DNA of 38,066 nucleotides from a plasmid: sequence record NZ_CP140368.1; one strand, 5' to 3'. Shown piece by piece: positions 36,830 to 38,066 of this stretch (position 1 is its first letter; each line of letters starts with the position of its first letter). The notes under the pieces were generated by a model. It saw only the letters and a program-made list of their open reading frames with translations, ran no database searches and was not told where the DNA came from. The position numbers and the translations under genes were made by a program.

Positions 36830-37048
36830 TCAGGCATTTGCTAAAACCATTGGAATAATTGAAGTTGTTTTATTTTCAATAATCCTTTTTTCTTCATTTG
36901 CAAGACTTTCTAAATAAAGCTCTCCTGCTTCTTTTATATTGACTAAAGCTTCTTCATAAGTATTTCCCTGCGAAACACAACCTTCAAGCTCTAAAATGCG
37001 TGCAAAATATCCATCCTGATCTTTTTCAATAATAATATTTAATAGCAT
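36830..37048 (-). CDS. hicB: HicB-family antitoxin
   Basis: With the internal start at 37048 (RBS AAGGAA) the product is MLLNIIIEKDQDGYFARILELEGCVSQGNTYEEALVNIKEAGELYLES..., the HicB/UPF0150 signature. Confidence 0.7.
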   Translation of the reverse strand: MLLNIIIEKDQDGYFARILELEGCVSQGNTYEEALVNIKEAGELYLESLANEEKRIIENKTTSIIPMVLANA

Positions 37049-37078
37049 CTTAATTCCTTGTATTAAAAAATGATAAGA

Positions 37079-37364
37079 TTGACTTAAATGTAACAAATAT
37101 TTTAATCTTCGAAATAAATTATATCAAAGTATCACATCTATGTCAATAGGCAGCAATTTTAGAATTTTTTCAAATAAAATTGACTTAAATGTAATATGTA
37201 CTTACATTAAAGTCAACAAAAATTGCTAAATGCTCCTCTTATTTTCAAATAAAATTGACTTAAATGTAATGATTTTTGACTTAAATGTAATGATTTTTGA
37301 CATTTTTACGAAAATAACATATGGAAAATAGGGACTTTAAAAAAACAATTGACTTAAATGTAAT
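37079..37364. repeat. Iteron array: five direct copies of TTGACTTAAATGTAAT(GA) plus one inverted, degenerate copy. Putative oriV/Rep-binding region
   Basis: Copies at 37079-37093, 37180-37195, 37255-37270, 37276-37291 (tandem with the previous, 21-bp register) and 37349-37364. The inverted variant is at 37201-37216, forming a near-palindrome with copy 2. A 29-bp context ttttcaaataaaattgacttaaatgtaat is repeated twice. Confidence 0.6.
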
Positions 37365-37539
37365 GATTCCTAAATTCTTAAATTCATTAAATTTAATAAT
37401 ATTAAATAAGGTAAATCAAAAATTAAAATTTTTGAACTTTTATTTTAAAAAACTCCAAACAGAAAGTGTTGCTAATAGAAATAGAAATTATGATATAATG
37501 TTTTAATAGAAAATAAGCATAAGAAGCAGAGGTAAAAGA

Positions 37540-37797
37540 ATGTGTAAAATTATTAAATATTTAGATTATACTAAACTTAACACTTTAGAGAAGCTGTATT
37601 TTGATTTAACAATTATGTTAATTGTAACTTTTTTAAGTTTTTTATTTCTTGTTTTTGAATTTTTCATTTATGAAAATATTGCTGTTTTCTTTCAAGATTG
37701 TTTTTTAATGTCTGTGATTTTTATTATTGGAATCACAGGTTTATTTCATACTTGTAAAGGTTTAAGAAAATACAAAGAGATTTTAAAAAAGGTTTAA
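37540..37797 (+). CDS. Possible small two-TM membrane protein (85 aa)
   Basis: Hydrophobic segments LTIMLIVTFLSFLFLVFEFFI and FLMSVIFIIGITGLF. A RBS-like AGAGGT lies 8 nt upstream. Could be spurious. Confidence 0.3.
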   Translation: MCKIIKYLDYTKLNTLEKLYFDLTIMLIVTFLSFLFLVFEFFIYENIAVFFQDCFLMSVIFIIGITGLFHTCKGLRKYKEILKKV

Positions 37798-37926
37798 TGA
37801 TAAAAACTTTTATCAAGATTTGTGTAATATAATCTTTTTGTATTACACTTTAACATATAACATTAATTACTAAAAATAACTATTATATATCAGTAATTTT
37901 TAATATATAATAGTTATTTACTTTTA

Positions 37927-38066
37927 AAGTTCTGCAACCTTATCATTTGTGCCTACTTGTCTTATAGCATCAACAATTTGTTGTATGCTTTTACCTAGAG
38001 TTTGAAAAAGATCTAAATTCATTTGTTGTTCTTAAAAAATTCCATAGCACTTTCTCGTGGCTTTTG
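37927..38066. repeat. 140-bp exact direct duplicate of 25119..25258 (virB5 3' end plus virB6 5' end). It continues to the window edge
   Basis: Identical over all 140 bp by direct comparison. The left flanks differ: 25118 lies inside virB6 coding sequence, whereas 37926 is in AT-rich intergenic DNA. Confidence 0.9.

Noticed and set aside
37321..37506. 61-aa ORF inside the iteron field
   Set aside because: It starts within an iteron copy, is low-complexity and has no RBS. It is more likely non-coding origin DNA.
1..38066. CRISPR arrays, tRNA or rRNA genes
   Set aside because: There are no regularly spaced short direct repeats with unique spacers. The only repeat arrays are the iterons. I see no cloverleaf-like GC-rich 75-90-nt segments or rRNA-like conserved blocks.

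Overview
The window is AT-rich (GC visibly low by eye) and looks like the backbone of a Campylobacter/Helicobacter-type (Campylobacterota) conjugative plasmid or integrated conjugative element. Nearly all genes are on the minus strand. From low to high coordinates I see: a partial lipoprotein gene; a Toprim DNA primase; three small unknown genes, one with a HEPN/Abi_2-like Rx4H motif; a candidate oriT carrying a MobP-type ATCCTG|C nick motif; a mobC-like gene and a MobP relaxase with the HxDxDxPHxH motif; a GNAT-like protein with a C-terminal membrane anchor; a 1942-aa N6-adenine methyltransferase fused to an SNF2/DEAH helicase (DarB-like, with no restriction partner); parA plus an RHH parG-like gene; a Topo IA/III topoisomerase; and a complete VirB/VirD4 type IV secretion system (virD4, virB11, B10, B9, B8, B7, B6, B5, then virB3/4 fusion and virB2). 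An IS607-family element (serine-recombinase tnpA plus tnpB, about 25981..28234) appears to have inserted into the 5' end of virB5. The insertion separates the virB5 start codon (ATG AAA AAA) from its signal peptide and body. A cargo block (ssb, a Rha-like regulator and two unknown genes) sits between virB4 and virB5. The right end carries a maintenance and replication module: vapX-like/vapD, a small serine resolvase flanked by an 18-bp inverted repeat, a RepA-like AAA_25 ATPase gene preceded by hicB plus a truncated hicA, and at least five direct copies plus one inverted copy of a TTGACTTAAATGTAAT iteron. The last 140 bp of the window exactly duplicate the virB5-3'/virB6-5' junction at 25119..25258. 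I found no rRNA, tRNA or CRISPR. All assignments rest on recognised motifs and domain architecture read from the translations. No database search was run.
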